A stretch of 64,000 nt of DNA from an uncultured Candidatus Woesearchaeota archaeon (GCA_963835585.1 CAWIGF010000001.1:34184-98183); one strand, 5' to 3'. Shown: positions 29,940 through 39,455, numbered from the stretch's first letter. The notes: generated by a model not told the origin, from the sequence alone. Numbers and translations: made by a program.

Positions 29940-30297
29940 ATGCCTTGATTCGTCAGCATGGCTTGCATATTATTTTGCGGAAAGCATCGAAATGAAAAAC
30001 ATAATCGATTCGGAATCATCAATTGTCACGTCATCGATTTCGCTCTTTGAGATAAAAAAACGCCTTAAAAAAGCAAAAAAAGACTATGAAACATTCCTGA
30101 CTTTCTTGAAGAAAAGGAGTTCTGTCATAATTGCACCAGGGATTATTCTTGCAGAAAATGCAGCGGATGTATCTATCGATCATGGACTTGGAGCTGTTGA
30201 TTCATTGATTTATGCTACAGCGCAATTTGCCGATGCAGAATTGATAACGGCAGACAATGATTTCAGGGAATTGGACAATGTCAAGATAATATCATGA
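29926..30297 (+). CDS. vapC: VapC PIN-domain toxin
   Basis: LDSSAW, E, DSLIYATA, TADNDF. Confidence 0.92.
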   Translation: MTDTKCLDSSAWLAYYFAESIEMKNIIDSESSIVTSSISLFEIKKRLKKAKKDYETFLTFLKKRSSVIIAPGIILAENAADVSIDHGLGAVDSLIYATAQFADAELITADNDFRELDNVKIIS

Positions 30298-30575
30298 AAA
30301 AGGCTGCAAAATATTGGTCAGGAAGAGTAACTACAGAAAGCAATTCGCTTGATCTGGAACAGGGAGTCTTCACGAAGTCAAGTCCTCGTGCAATCGCCAT
30401 GTCATTGAAACGCTCTGCAGAAGAAAGCGCAAGAAAAAAAACAGATTCGTTCCGTTCAGCCATGTCTATGCTGAATTTCTACATCAACCGAGCTGGAAAG
30501 AACATCTCTGCGAACAGAAAAAAAGTGCTTGAGAAAGCCAAAGACGAATTAAGAAAACTGTTCAAGCGAGATTGA
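30294..30575 (+). CDS. DUF3175 family protein
   Basis: WSGRVT...SLDLEQGVF...FRSAMSMLNFYINRAGKN. Confidence 0.85.
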   Translation: MKKAAKYWSGRVTTESNSLDLEQGVFTKSSPRAIAMSLKRSAEESARKKTDSFRSAMSMLNFYINRAGKNISANRKKVLEKAKDELRKLFKRD

Positions 30576-30580
30576 AAAAT

Positions 30581-31234
30581 TCAAAAGGAGAAATCCTGCT
30601 CTTCGCTCAATGATGCTTTCTGTTTCTCTAGTTCGAAGATATGCTTGCATAATCCGTCATATTTCTTGTTCGCAGCAGGTGAATTAAACAAGGAATTATT
30701 TACTATGAACTCAACAGGATCTTTGTTTTCAATTAATATCGAATCTATGTGGTTTGTTCTTCCGGGAAAAGAATATTTTCCTTTAATTGAAGAATTATCA
30801 TCCTTCGCATAAACTTCTACATCAGTACTTGGAAATCCTGCATTTAGTCTAATGGCTCGATAAAGTGGAGCGTTAGTTGCGAAAGAAAGCAATCCTTCTC
30901 CAATTCTTGCGCCAAGATTCGAGTTCTTATCTTGAGAAGCGCCAATGTCGTTGCGTTGGGATATTTTCACATGAGGTGAATCATATATCATAAGGTTATG
31001 TTCCTTATGCTGCAGAACACCGACAGAAAGAACATTAACTATAACCCATCCAGCAAAAGCCCCAATCAATGGATTTTGTTTTTTCTTTTTCTTTCCTGCA
31101 ACATATCCAAAATAAACAGGAAGGGATATTGTCGCTGCTGCGGCGTGCGCAAGACCTATACCGAAACCGTATGCAAGTGATTTATATTTTTCAGAAGAGG
31201 TAATGGGTGTCTCCACACCAGGTATGTTATCCAT
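30581..31234 (-). CDS. hypothetical membrane protein
   Basis: Two N-terminal hydrophobic helices. Confidence 0.6.
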   Translation of the reverse strand: MDNIPGVETPITSSEKYKSLAYGFGIGLAHAAAATISLPVYFGYVAGKKKKKQNPLIGAFAGWVIVNVLSVGVLQHKEHNLMIYDSPHVKISQRNDIGASQDKNSNLGARIGEGLLSFATNAPLYRAIRLNAGFPSTDVEVYAKDDNSSIKGKYSFPGRTNHIDSILIENKDPVEFIVNNSLFNSPAANKKYDGLCKHIFELEKQKASLSEEQDFSF

Positions 31235-31309
31235 GCTTCATCGAAATATAACATGTATATAAGATTGACTGCCAAAACCTTTATAAAGAAGCACTAGAGC
31301 AAAAGAACC

Positions 31310-31753
31310 ATGGAGATTATACACAGTGTTAATCCAAATGAACTTATCAAAAGGCTTGCGCAGGAGCTACAAAACAAGGCTGAATGCAAACCTCCAGTAT
31401 GGGCCAAATTCGTAAAGACTGGCACTCACAAAGAGAGGCCGCCGATGGACGAAAACTGGTGGTACCAAAGATTGGCAGCAATTCTTAGGACAGTATATAT
31501 TCAAGGTCCTGTCGGCGTGAACACGCTAAGGACAAAATATGGCGGAAGAAAAAACATGGGCTATCAGCCTGAAAGATTCAAAAAAGGTTCAGGAAACATA
31601 GCAAGAAAAAGCCTTCAGCAACTGGAAAAGGCAGGATTGATCAAACATGTCCAGAAAGGATTGTACAAAGGCAGAGTCGTTACTCCTGCTGGAATGAAAT
31701 TGCTTGAATTAGTAGCGACGCAGATATCAACAGAGGCAAAGAAGACACAATAA
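31310..31753 (+). CDS. rps19e: 30S ribosomal protein S19e
   Basis: PVWAKFVKTG...ENWWYQR...GSGNIARKSLQQLE. Confidence 0.97.
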   Translation: MEIIHSVNPNELIKRLAQELQNKAECKPPVWAKFVKTGTHKERPPMDENWWYQRLAAILRTVYIQGPVGVNTLRTKYGGRKNMGYQPERFKKGSGNIARKSLQQLEKAGLIKHVQKGLYKGRVVTPAGMKLLELVATQISTEAKKTQ

Positions 31754-31926
31754 TGGCAAGATACATGACTTCAGGAAGGAAAATGAAATTAGCCAAAGAA
31801 GGGCGAAGGACAAGATGGGCTCCTTTCTGGATCATACCCAAGATTTTTGGAAAAACAAGGAGAATCCATCCAGGAAGAAAGACATTTGTAAAAAGAAGCT
31901 GGAGAAAGACAAAATTAAGGAAGTAA
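31753..31926 (+). CDS. rpl39e: 50S ribosomal protein L39e (57 aa, not in track)
   Basis: RTRWAPFWIIPK...HP...KRSWRKTKL; lies between S19e and L31e. Confidence 0.9.
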   Translation: MARYMTSGRKMKLAKEGRRTRWAPFWIIPKIFGKTRRIHPGRKTFVKRSWRKTKLRK

Positions 31927-31927
31927 A

Positions 31928-32431
31928 ATGGCAATATTAGAACGAACATACATAATTCCGTTGCGAAAGCAGGTGAATAAATCTCCTAGATACAAGAGAG
32001 CGAAGAAAGCAGTGAGTACAGTGAGAATATTCCTTGAAAAACACATGAAGTCCAAGGACGTGAAGATTGGCGAAGTGTTGAACCGCGCTATGTGGGAAAA
32101 CGGGATAAAGAATCCGCCTGGCAAGATCAAAGTAACTGTAACGAAAGATGATAAAGGCATTGTCAAGGCAGAATTGTTCGGACACCAATACATCGAGAAG
32201 AGAAAAGAAGTAAAACAGGAAAAATCAAAATTAGAGCAGCTCAAAGAGAAGATAACTGGAAAAGAAGAAGTTGCAAAGGAAGAGCACAACAAAGAAGCGA
32301 TAACACACGTTCCTCAGGAAGAGCATAGCCATGAAGGACACGATAATTCCAAGGAACTAAAATCAACAACAGAAAAAGAACGAAAGGTGGCGACCGGAAC
32401 TCAACAGGCGCACCACAAGAACAAGAATTAA
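31928..32431 (+). CDS. rpl31e: 50S ribosomal protein L31e with charged C-terminal extension
   Basis: ERTYIIPLR...KRAKKAV...WENGIKNPP. Confidence 0.95.
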   Translation: MAILERTYIIPLRKQVNKSPRYKRAKKAVSTVRIFLEKHMKSKDVKIGEVLNRAMWENGIKNPPGKIKVTVTKDDKGIVKAELFGHQYIEKRKEVKQEKSKLEQLKEKITGKEEVAKEEHNKEAITHVPQEEHSHEGHDNSKELKSTTEKERKVATGTQQAHHKNKN

Positions 32432-32466
32432 TTCTTACTGCTCAAAAACCCATACGAGAGTGTAAG

Positions 32467-33459
32467 ATGAGTGAATTACCATTTGAAACAATCAAGAGAA
32501 CTGTTCTGATAAAGAAAGAAACAGAGACATCTGGAAAATTTGGAATCAATCCCGAAGAAAGGCCGATAGAAAAACTAATAGAGTACGGGGTCGTAAACAT
32601 AGACAAGCCTGCCGGCCCGACGAGTCATCAAGTTTCTGCATATGTTAAGCAAATCCTTCACATCAACAAAGCCGGACATTCAGGAACGTTGGATCCTAAC
32701 GTTACCGGGGTGCTTGCTGTTGCTCTCGGAAGAGCGACCAAAGTTGTCCAAGGACTTCTCACTGCAGGAAAGGAATATGTTTGCATAATGCATCTTCATA
32801 CTCCAATTTCCGAAGAACGCATAAGAAAAGCAATCGAAAGTTTTTTGGGGACAATATCGCAATTGCCTCCGTTAAAAAGCGCAGTGAAAAGAGAAGTACG
32901 CGAGAGGGACATATATTACATAGATATTCTCGAGATTGACGGCCAGGATGTTTTGTTCAAGGTCGGGTGCGAGGCAGGAACATACATAAGAAAATTATGC
33001 ACTGACATCGGGAAGAAATTGGGGACGAATGGGCACATGGCCGAGCTTAGAAGGACAAAAGCAGGCCCGTTCAACGAGAGCACGCTCGTCACATTGCAGG
33101 AGCTGCAGGATGCTTACATATTCTGGAAGGAAGACAACAACGAGAATTATTTGAGAAAATGCATACAGCGCATAGAAAATGCTGTTGCGCATCTTCCAAA
33201 AATGTGGATTTCCGATTATGCGGTGGATTCTTTGTGCCACGGATCCGCATTGAACGCTCCAGGTGTCGCAAAGCTCGAAAGCGAGATAAAATACAACGAT
33301 ATCGTTGCAATAATGACATTGAAAGACGAGCTTGTCGCGATAGGAAAGGCAAAGATGAACTCGAACGAGCTGATGATGAAGGAAAAAGGAGTTTGCGCAT
33401 TAGTTGATGCCGTGTTCATGGAACCCGGAATATATCCGAAGATAATAAAGAAAGATTAG
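32467..33459 (+). CDS. cbf5: pseudouridine synthase Cbf5/TruB
   Basis: DKPAGPTSH, GHSGTLDP, GTYIRKLC, PUA domain. Confidence 0.97.
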   Translation: MSELPFETIKRTVLIKKETETSGKFGINPEERPIEKLIEYGVVNIDKPAGPTSHQVSAYVKQILHINKAGHSGTLDPNVTGVLAVALGRATKVVQGLLTAGKEYVCIMHLHTPISEERIRKAIESFLGTISQLPPLKSAVKREVRERDIYYIDILEIDGQDVLFKVGCEAGTYIRKLCTDIGKKLGTNGHMAELRRTKAGPFNESTLVTLQELQDAYIFWKEDNNENYLRKCIQRIENAVAHLPKMWISDYAVDSLCHGSALNAPGVAKLESEIKYNDIVAIMTLKDELVAIGKAKMNSNELMMKEKGVCALVDAVFMEPGIYPKIIKKD

Positions 33460-34031
33460 ATAAGTGTTTTTTGGGAAAGTTCTCCCTTGACGATGGCCAT
33501 GTCCTTCTCCCATTCGACGATAAGATTCCTGTTGTAAATTATAGCTGCCGGATGGAACAATGGGATCAATTTTATCTTCATTCCGTCTATTTCAATCATC
33601 TTTACCTTTCCGTGGACCGTTGTAATTCCTGGCTGCTTGTCCATAAGATCAGGATTGCAACCTGCTAGGAAGAATTTTGTCGCATAATTCCCCAAAGAGC
33701 ATATTACTTTCGGCTTCATTTCCCTGATTTGCTTCATCAGCCAAGGAGTGTGTGCTTTTATTTCATCTGGCAACGGATCCCTGTTCTCAGGAGGCCTGCA
33801 CTTCAGGATGTTTGTTATGTATATATCATCAAGACCTAATCCAACTTCGGCAAGAAGCTTGTCAAGGTTCTTTCCAGCTGCGCCAACAAATGGAAGTCCT
33901 TGCTCATCCTCGTTTCTTCCTGGCGATTCGCCCACGAAGAGTATGTTTGCATGCAAATTTCCTTTTCCAATGACGATATTCTTGCAATTCTTGCATATTT
34001 CCGTGTTTTTTGCCAGCTCTATCTCGTCCAT
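33456..34031 (-). CDS. udg: uracil-DNA glycosylase family 4
   Basis: GESPG, PFVGAAG, KCRPPENRDP, HPAA. Confidence 0.95.
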   Translation of the reverse strand: MDEIELAKNTEICKNCKNIVIGKGNLHANILFVGESPGRNEDEQGLPFVGAAGKNLDKLLAEVGLGLDDIYITNILKCRPPENRDPLPDEIKAHTPWLMKQIREMKPKVICSLGNYATKFFLAGCNPDLMDKQPGITTVHGKVKMIEIDGMKIKLIPLFHPAAIIYNRNLIVEWEKDMAIVKGELSQKTLI

Positions 34032-34113
34032 TCATACATTTACATGAAAAAGGTATAAAAACATTACCAAAAAATGATTAGAAAATGCTGCCGTTCCAGG
34101 CAGCTTCAAGGAT

Positions 34114-34185
34114 TTATCTCCTTTTCTTTGATTTTCTTCGTTTGGACTTCTTAGAAGCCTTTCTTTTTGCTCTTTTCTTAGCCAT
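34114..34185 (-). CDS. 23-aa Lys/Arg-rich microprotein
   Basis: MAKKRAKRKASKKSKRRKSKKRR; strong GTGAGGTGA SD; TATA-like element upstream. Confidence 0.7.
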   Translation of the reverse strand: MAKKRAKRKASKKSKRRKSKKRR

Positions 34186-34311
34186 TTGTTTTCACCTCAC
34201 GAAAAAATATTTCGTGTAATGCACGTTAATTATCCGAAGTATAAAAACATTTTCATTTCTTGTGCTGTTAGGTTAAAGGGATCTATTTAAAAAAATAGAA
34301 AAAAAGAGGAA

Positions 34312-34467
34312 TTATTTTTTCCCCCAAAAATCAATAAATGCACTTACAACAAAACCAACTGCGGCTATGCCACAAGGTAAAGCTGCTGGTGGAAATGCTA
34401 CTGATGCACCCACCATAGTTACTGCGGCAAGAATCTTGTTTGTTCCTTTTTCAGTTTTTGATTCCAT
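34312..34467 (-). CDS. 51-aa hydrophobic microprotein
   Basis: MESKTEKGTNKILAAVTMVGASVAFPPAALPCGIAAVGFVVSAFIDFWGKK; GGGGGTGA SD. Confidence 0.65.
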   Translation of the reverse strand: MESKTEKGTNKILAAVTMVGASVAFPPAALPCGIAAVGFVVSAFIDFWGKK

Positions 34468-34559
34468 TAAATTCACCCCCAGAGATTATAGCTGAAATAA
34501 GTGTTAATAAAAGAATCGAAAACCGAAAGTTTTATTACTATGTATTGCTATGTAAAACC

Positions 34560-34751
34560 ATGCAAGATGAAAATGTAACTGCAAATTTTGATTCTGTTTT
34601 TATTAAAAAAGTAGTAAAATCACGAGGGAGTTTTGTTATTTGGATTCCAAAAGATGAAGCAGAATTTTTACAAATTAAAGAAAGTTCATTTTTGAGAGTT
34701 GGATTAAAAAAACTTGAAAAAGAAAAAGATTTAAAAAAAGAAGGTTACTAA
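34560..34751 (+). CDS. small AbrB-like DNA-binding protein
   Basis: KKVVKSRGSFVIWIPKDEAEFLQI pattern. Confidence 0.7.
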   Translation: MQDENVTANFDSVFIKKVVKSRGSFVIWIPKDEAEFLQIKESSFLRVGLKKLEKEKDLKKEGY

Positions 34752-34957
34752 AATGTCTATAGAGGTGATATTTTTGTCAGAAAAGGGTGTGACCGGTGGT
34801 CATAATTTTAATGCCCCTTTACTATTTACGAGTGAAGATATTAGCATAAGATTTATATATATGTTAAAATTACCTCTATTGTGGGGGATGCAGTTTTAGT
34901 CAAAAAAATAACTCCACATGACAGAACTATCCACTTCGCTTTCACGAACAAAAAAAC

Positions 34958-35031
34958 TGGGCGTCCGCCGAGATTTGAACTCAGATCTTCGGCGTACAAG
35001 ACCGAAATCCTACGATTGGACGACGGACGCC
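34958..35031 (-). tRNA. atypical tRNA, anticodon TGT (Thr-like), with G-1:C73
   Basis: GCGTCCG/CGGACGC acceptor, GTCC/GGAT D stem with no D-loop GG, TCGGT-CTTGTAC-GCCGA, CTGAG-TTCAAAT-CTCGG. Confidence 0.7.
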
Positions 35032-35049
35032 ATATTTATTCGAAAAAAG

Positions 35050-35123
35050 TAGGCGGCAGGGGACTTGAACCCCCGATCTCCAATTTAGCGGACTGGCGAT
35101 CTATCCAACTAATCTAGCCGCCC
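35050..35123 (-). tRNA. atypical tRNA, anticodon GCT (Ser) on a short-variable-arm body
   Basis: GGGCGGC/GCCGCCT, GATT/GATC D stem, CCAGT-CCGCTAA-ATTGG, 5-nt variable loop AGATC, GGGGG-TTCAAGT-CCCCT. Confidence 0.75.
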
Positions 35124-35138
35124 TTTTTCTTTTTTTCA

Positions 35139-35340
35139 GGAATTTAGAATCAACTCTAAATCCCCCATTCACTCGTCGCGTGAGCTACTTAAACATTTTC
35201 ACACATCGGTTCGTGCAAATAATCCCTACTGGTTTGCCCTCGCCGAATCGGCGAAACTATTTTTGTGAATTGTGATACTCGTGAGTTGTGAATAGGCAAA
35301 CAGTAGGCGTTTCGTTTAGAAATCGCCATGCTGTTTAAGC
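35139..35340 (-). ncRNA. candidate multi-stem structured ncRNA
   Basis: Nested helices 35187-95/35332-40, 35225-38/35295-307, 35240-45/35249-54 and 35139-48/35155-64; TATA-like element upstream on the minus strand. Confidence 0.55.
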
Positions 35341-35386
35341 ATTTTTTGCTTGAAAATATAAAATCATACTGAATTCAAAAATGTTT

Positions 35387-36307
35387 CTAATTATTCTTTT
35401 TGACATAATCCCGACAAAACTTCTGTTCAGAAGCCAATCTAATCAAACCCAACCACCTATTCTCGCCTGTTTCAAGTCTTAATCCTGCTAATTCGCAAGG
35501 AACTCTTCCTGTTGTTGTGTGAGCTTCAATAAAGTTATGCTGTAAAACAATTCCCTGCATTAAAATAGGAGCTGACCAAAGCGCTTTTAACGTTCTAAAA
35601 TTTCTTACTCTGTCTTTTATCTTGCTGAAAACTGTTTCAATTCTAACATTATGAACTTTTGATTTTCTGACATTATTTACTCTATGTTCTACCTTAAGTC
35701 TTGAGCCACCATGGTCAACACGTGTTGCTCTATTAGAAGAGAAAATTCTTCTCATGGCTTTTGGATAGAATAATGCGGCATCAGTTTGAATATATCTTGG
35801 CAATCCATTCTTTGTTGTCTTTTTTAAGAAATCTACTGCTTCCTCAACATTGGCAGTAATGCTATAGTGTATTCCTGAAATAAATCTCGTTCCATAATCA
35901 ATAGCACACCAAAATTTATCTTTTCTGCCTTCGCAGTCCAATTCGGTTTCATCGGCATAAAAATTACCTTCAAGAATTGGTTTTAAGTTATCAGTATATT
36001 TCTGAACTTTCAAAACATACTTTCTACACCAATCCAATACGCTTACATGAGAAGCATTATGTGGGTAATGCCTTCTGAAATGATTTCTTACTTTCCTGCT
36101 TGAAAGATTGCTGAAATAAAGGTCTATGCCGTCAGTAATCTTTTCAGGGCTATTTCTCATTCTAAAGAAACCATCATCTTTTACAAAAGCAGTTTTACAA
36201 GATTTACATTCATATCTCTGTATTAAACCCCTATTCTGTGTCTTTCTCATTCCTCGTTTCTTTATGTCTTTGCTTTGACATTTTGGGCATTTTGTTTGGT
36301 TTTCCAT
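35387..36307 (-). mobile_element. DDE transposase, IS6-like, with N-terminal Zn ribbon
   Basis: CPKC...CKSC; YADET, IQTD, RIETVFSKIKDR catalytic pattern; element ends not identified. Confidence 0.85.
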
Positions 36308-36415
36308 GTTATATACCTTATTAGTATATTATTATATAAGTATAGCTTATATATAAATCTTACGTTTCTAGTAATATACGAAAGATTTATATACCATATT
36401 AGTATATATGATATT

Positions 36416-36565
36416 ATGGGATTAATAGAAATAAAGCAAAAAGGCTTTAAATGTGAACGTTGTGGTCACGAATGGGTACCACACGACATAAAGCAAGAAC
36501 CAACAGTATGCCCAAAATGTAAGTCACCTTATTGGAATAAACCAAGACAAAAGAAAAAGGATTAG
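36416..36565 (+). CDS. small Zn-ribbon protein (49 aa)
   Basis: CERCGHEW...PTVCPKCKSPYW. Confidence 0.8.
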   Translation: MGLIEIKQKGFKCERCGHEWVPHDIKQEPTVCPKCKSPYWNKPRQKKKD

Positions 36566-37336
36566 ATGAAAACAGAACACAAGATAGTTTACGGGGATTG
36601 TTTAGAAGAATTAAAGAAACTACCTGATGAATCAGTAGACTTGATTTTTGCAGATCCACCTTATGGACTAGCAAAGAAAACAGGATTAGACTCACCATAT
36701 AGCAAACACGTAACGCTTCAAGAAGCATGGGATATTTTTTCAAAAGATGATTTTTTTAAATTTAATATAGAATGGATAACAGAATGTTGGCGAGTTTTGA
36801 AGCATGGTGGCAGCTTCTGGGTATGTGGTTCATTCCATAATATTTACCAACTAGGATTTATTTTACAGCATTTAGATGCTAAAATAAATAATAGCATTGT
36901 TTGGTTTAAGCCAAATGCACAGCCAAATATAACATGCAGAATGTTCACAGAAAGCACAGAGCATTTAATATGGGCTGTTAAAAATCATTCCAAAACAAAA
37001 TGGACATTTAACTACGAAGATACCAAAAACAAGATTTTTGATAGCATAAATCCAAAAGGAAAACAAACTAGAAATGTCTGGAGTATTGCTCTTACATCGC
37101 CAAAAGAAAAATGGGCAGGAGTTCATCCCACACAGAAGCCGATTGAATTACTCAGAAGGATTATTTTATCATCTTCAAAACCAAATGACTTAGTTCTTGA
37201 TCCTTTTGTCGGCTCTGGCACAACTTCTGTAGTGGCTAAACTGCTTGGGAGAAATTCAATAGGTATAGACAATAACAAAAAATATCTAGAGATAGCAAAG
37301 AAAAGACTAGCACAGGAAACTTTACTTCTTAGGTAA
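36566..37336 (+). CDS. beta-class N4/N6 DNA methyltransferase
   Basis: DPPY precedes HPTQKP and DPFVGSGTT. Confidence 0.95.
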   Translation: MKTEHKIVYGDCLEELKKLPDESVDLIFADPPYGLAKKTGLDSPYSKHVTLQEAWDIFSKDDFFKFNIEWITECWRVLKHGGSFWVCGSFHNIYQLGFILQHLDAKINNSIVWFKPNAQPNITCRMFTESTEHLIWAVKNHSKTKWTFNYEDTKNKIFDSINPKGKQTRNVWSIALTSPKEKWAGVHPTQKPIELLRRIILSSSKPNDLVLDPFVGSGTTSVVAKLLGRNSIGIDNNKKYLEIAKKRLAQETLLLR

Positions 37337-37855
37337 TGGAAGCCCTAGAAATTCCAATGGTAATTCTTCAAAGAAATAATGACAATCAACTGATTTAATA
37401 TATTCTAAAACATCTTTATATTCCGCTGATTTAAACCATTTGCTTAAAATATAAACATATTCAATCTTAATTCCTGTATTTGAAAATAGTTTAATATATT
37501 CCTTCTTTTTAAAATCGCAGGTTTGTAGCTTTTCATCAACAGATCCTGCAACCTCTTGAAACTTCATTTCTATTATGAAAAGAGTCTTAGCTGAAAGAAC
37601 AAAGATTGTTTCATCAGGTAGAAGTTTTTTTGAAAGTCTTGACTTTGCATCATAAATTTTCAATTTAAGACCTAACAACACATCATATACTTCATGTTTC
37701 TTGTAAAATGAAGCAATTAATTTATCATTAAAGAATAAGTCATTTCCAGCAACTTTATACCCATTCAATTTACTAAAAACAGTTCTAAGGTCTAATCTTT
37801 GCTCAAATTTTAATCCAGACAGGGTATTTGATCCCCCTTCACCACCACTAATCAT
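37322..37855 (-). CDS. PD-(D/E)XK nuclease, putative restriction endonuclease
   Basis: LPDE...IEMKFQ...GSVDEKL; convergent with the MTase. Confidence 0.8.
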   Translation of the reverse strand: MISGGEGGSNTLSGLKFEQRLDLRTVFSKLNGYKVAGNDLFFNDKLIASFYKKHEVYDVLLGLKLKIYDAKSRLSKKLLPDETIFVLSAKTLFIIEMKFQEVAGSVDEKLQTCDFKKKEYIKLFSNTGIKIEYVYILSKWFKSAEYKDVLEYIKSVDCHYFFEELPLEFLGLPLPKK

Positions 37856-38099
37856 ATTTAAGCAAAAGAATAAGAACTATTTAAATAGATCCCTTTAACC
37901 TAACAGCTCATCATTTCTAAAATTTTTGTGAAAAGTTTTTTTAATTTCTACAAAACAAAACATCGTGACAAAAAAAAGTTTAATAAAAAAATATCTCGTC
38001 GTAAAATAAATGAAATAAAATTAAAAAAACAAAATTCACTTTTTGAATGTGATTTGAAAATACGAGCATTTAAAAATAAACAACACAAAATAAGAAAAT

Positions 38100-38627
38100 A
38101 TGAAAGTACAGCAAAAGAAACCAAACAAAGTAAAAAAATGGTTCTTGGCGATAGGAATCGCTATAATCTTCGTATTATTCGTGAATTATGCAATATCTGC
38201 TGTGTTTAACCAGCCGGATTACAATAAATATTGCAAACCAAGCGCACAACCAGTCATCAATCAAGGTACAAACGACACTTGCATAGCAAATGGCGGACAA
38301 TGGATAGAAACAAATTCTAATGCATCACAGCAGCCAACAGGATACTGCAATTCCGATTTTGTTTGCGGAAATCAGTACAATTTAGCCCAAACTGCCTACG
38401 ATAATGCTGCATTCATCACAAAAATAATCGCTGGATTGATCGGATTGGTTCTTGGTGTTGCGATTGTTGTTGAAAGCGTCAGCGCAGGATTCCTTCTTGG
38501 AGCTGTCATTAATCTGTTCTTTGCAACGGTGCAATATTGGGACAGGTTCAGCAACATTATCAGAGTGATAATACTTGGCGTTGTGCTTGCTATATTGATA
38601 TGGGTGGGTTACAAGAAAATCAAATGA
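38100..38627 (+). CDS. membrane protein with Cys-rich extracellular loop
   Basis: 4 TM helices; CIANGGQW motif. Confidence 0.75.
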   Translation: MKVQQKKPNKVKKWFLAIGIAIIFVLFVNYAISAVFNQPDYNKYCKPSAQPVINQGTNDTCIANGGQWIETNSNASQQPTGYCNSDFVCGNQYNLAQTAYDNAAFITKIIAGLIGLVLGVAIVVESVSAGFLLGAVINLFFATVQYWDRFSNIIRVIILGVVLAILIWVGYKKIK

Positions 38628-38788
38628 AACAATCAAAGTTTATTCAAGGTTTAGTTCTTTTTATGATTGTTTTGCTAATCGCTAATATGGTTCTTTTTGC
38701 ACTGAAAAAGATATCAGTTTTGCTGTTTTGGGTGATAATAGTCATATTCGCCGTTGTTGCATATTCTGGGTTGTTGAAGAAGAAATAA
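38624..38788 (+). CDS. small membrane protein
   Basis: MKQSKFIQG..., two TM helices, ATGA overlap. Confidence 0.6.
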   Translation: MKQSKFIQGLVLFMIVLLIANMVLFALKKISVLLFWVIIVIFAVVAYSGLLKKK

Positions 38789-38923
38789 TGCCTTAAAATA
38801 TCTCTAGTGGCGGTTTTATGCTAGTTTGTTTAATTACTTAATAGTAGTAACAAATAGAAAGGTTTATATAGGAGTAGTACCTTCCAAGGTATATGCCCGT
38901 TTAAGAGGCAAAGAGGACTTAAA

Positions 38924-39448
38924 ATGAATGTAGAAAACGAAACAAGACAAAATCTGACTGAAATGGTCGCTATTGGTGATGCTCACGTTACTTACATAAC
39001 AGATAAAGATGGAGAAAAACTCCCTTCATATATGATAGCGATAAGGAAAGAACAGGATATCATCGGCATAGGTGGTTTCAAATGGAAAGAAGTCTGTGTC
39101 TATGGTGTTTCTGACAATATTCGTGTCTCAGAATCCATTGCAGACAAATTTTTCAAATCAAATACACCTTCATTAAATCGAGTCCGGTATGAGCCAGGGG
39201 AAGGAAATCCTTTCCTATCGATTCAAAGATATTCCATAAATACAGTACGTAACCCTGTCGTTTTGAGTGAACAGATAGAACAAAAACTTGCAAGACAGAC
39301 TGAAAAAGACACCGTTTCATATCAGAAAGCATTGAAAGAATATGAGATAAATCAACGAGAATTGGAACAAGTGCTGGCTCAATACGCAAACGAACTGAGG
39401 AAAAATCCAAAAAACCATTTCCGCAAAGTGCGGCAGCAGCATAGGTGA
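38924..39448 (+). CDS. hypothetical protein
   Basis: 174 aa with GAGG SD and upstream TATA. Confidence 0.65.
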   Translation: MNVENETRQNLTEMVAIGDAHVTYITDKDGEKLPSYMIAIRKEQDIIGIGGFKWKEVCVYGVSDNIRVSESIADKFFKSNTPSLNRVRYEPGEGNPFLSIQRYSINTVRNPVVLSEQIEQKLARQTEKDTVSYQKALKEYEINQRELEQVLAQYANELRKNPKNHFRKVRQQHR

Positions 39449-39455
39449 ACAAACA

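Noticed and set aside
35345..38060. Terminal inverted repeats for the IS6-like element
   Set aside because: No convincing TIR pair or TSD was found by eye
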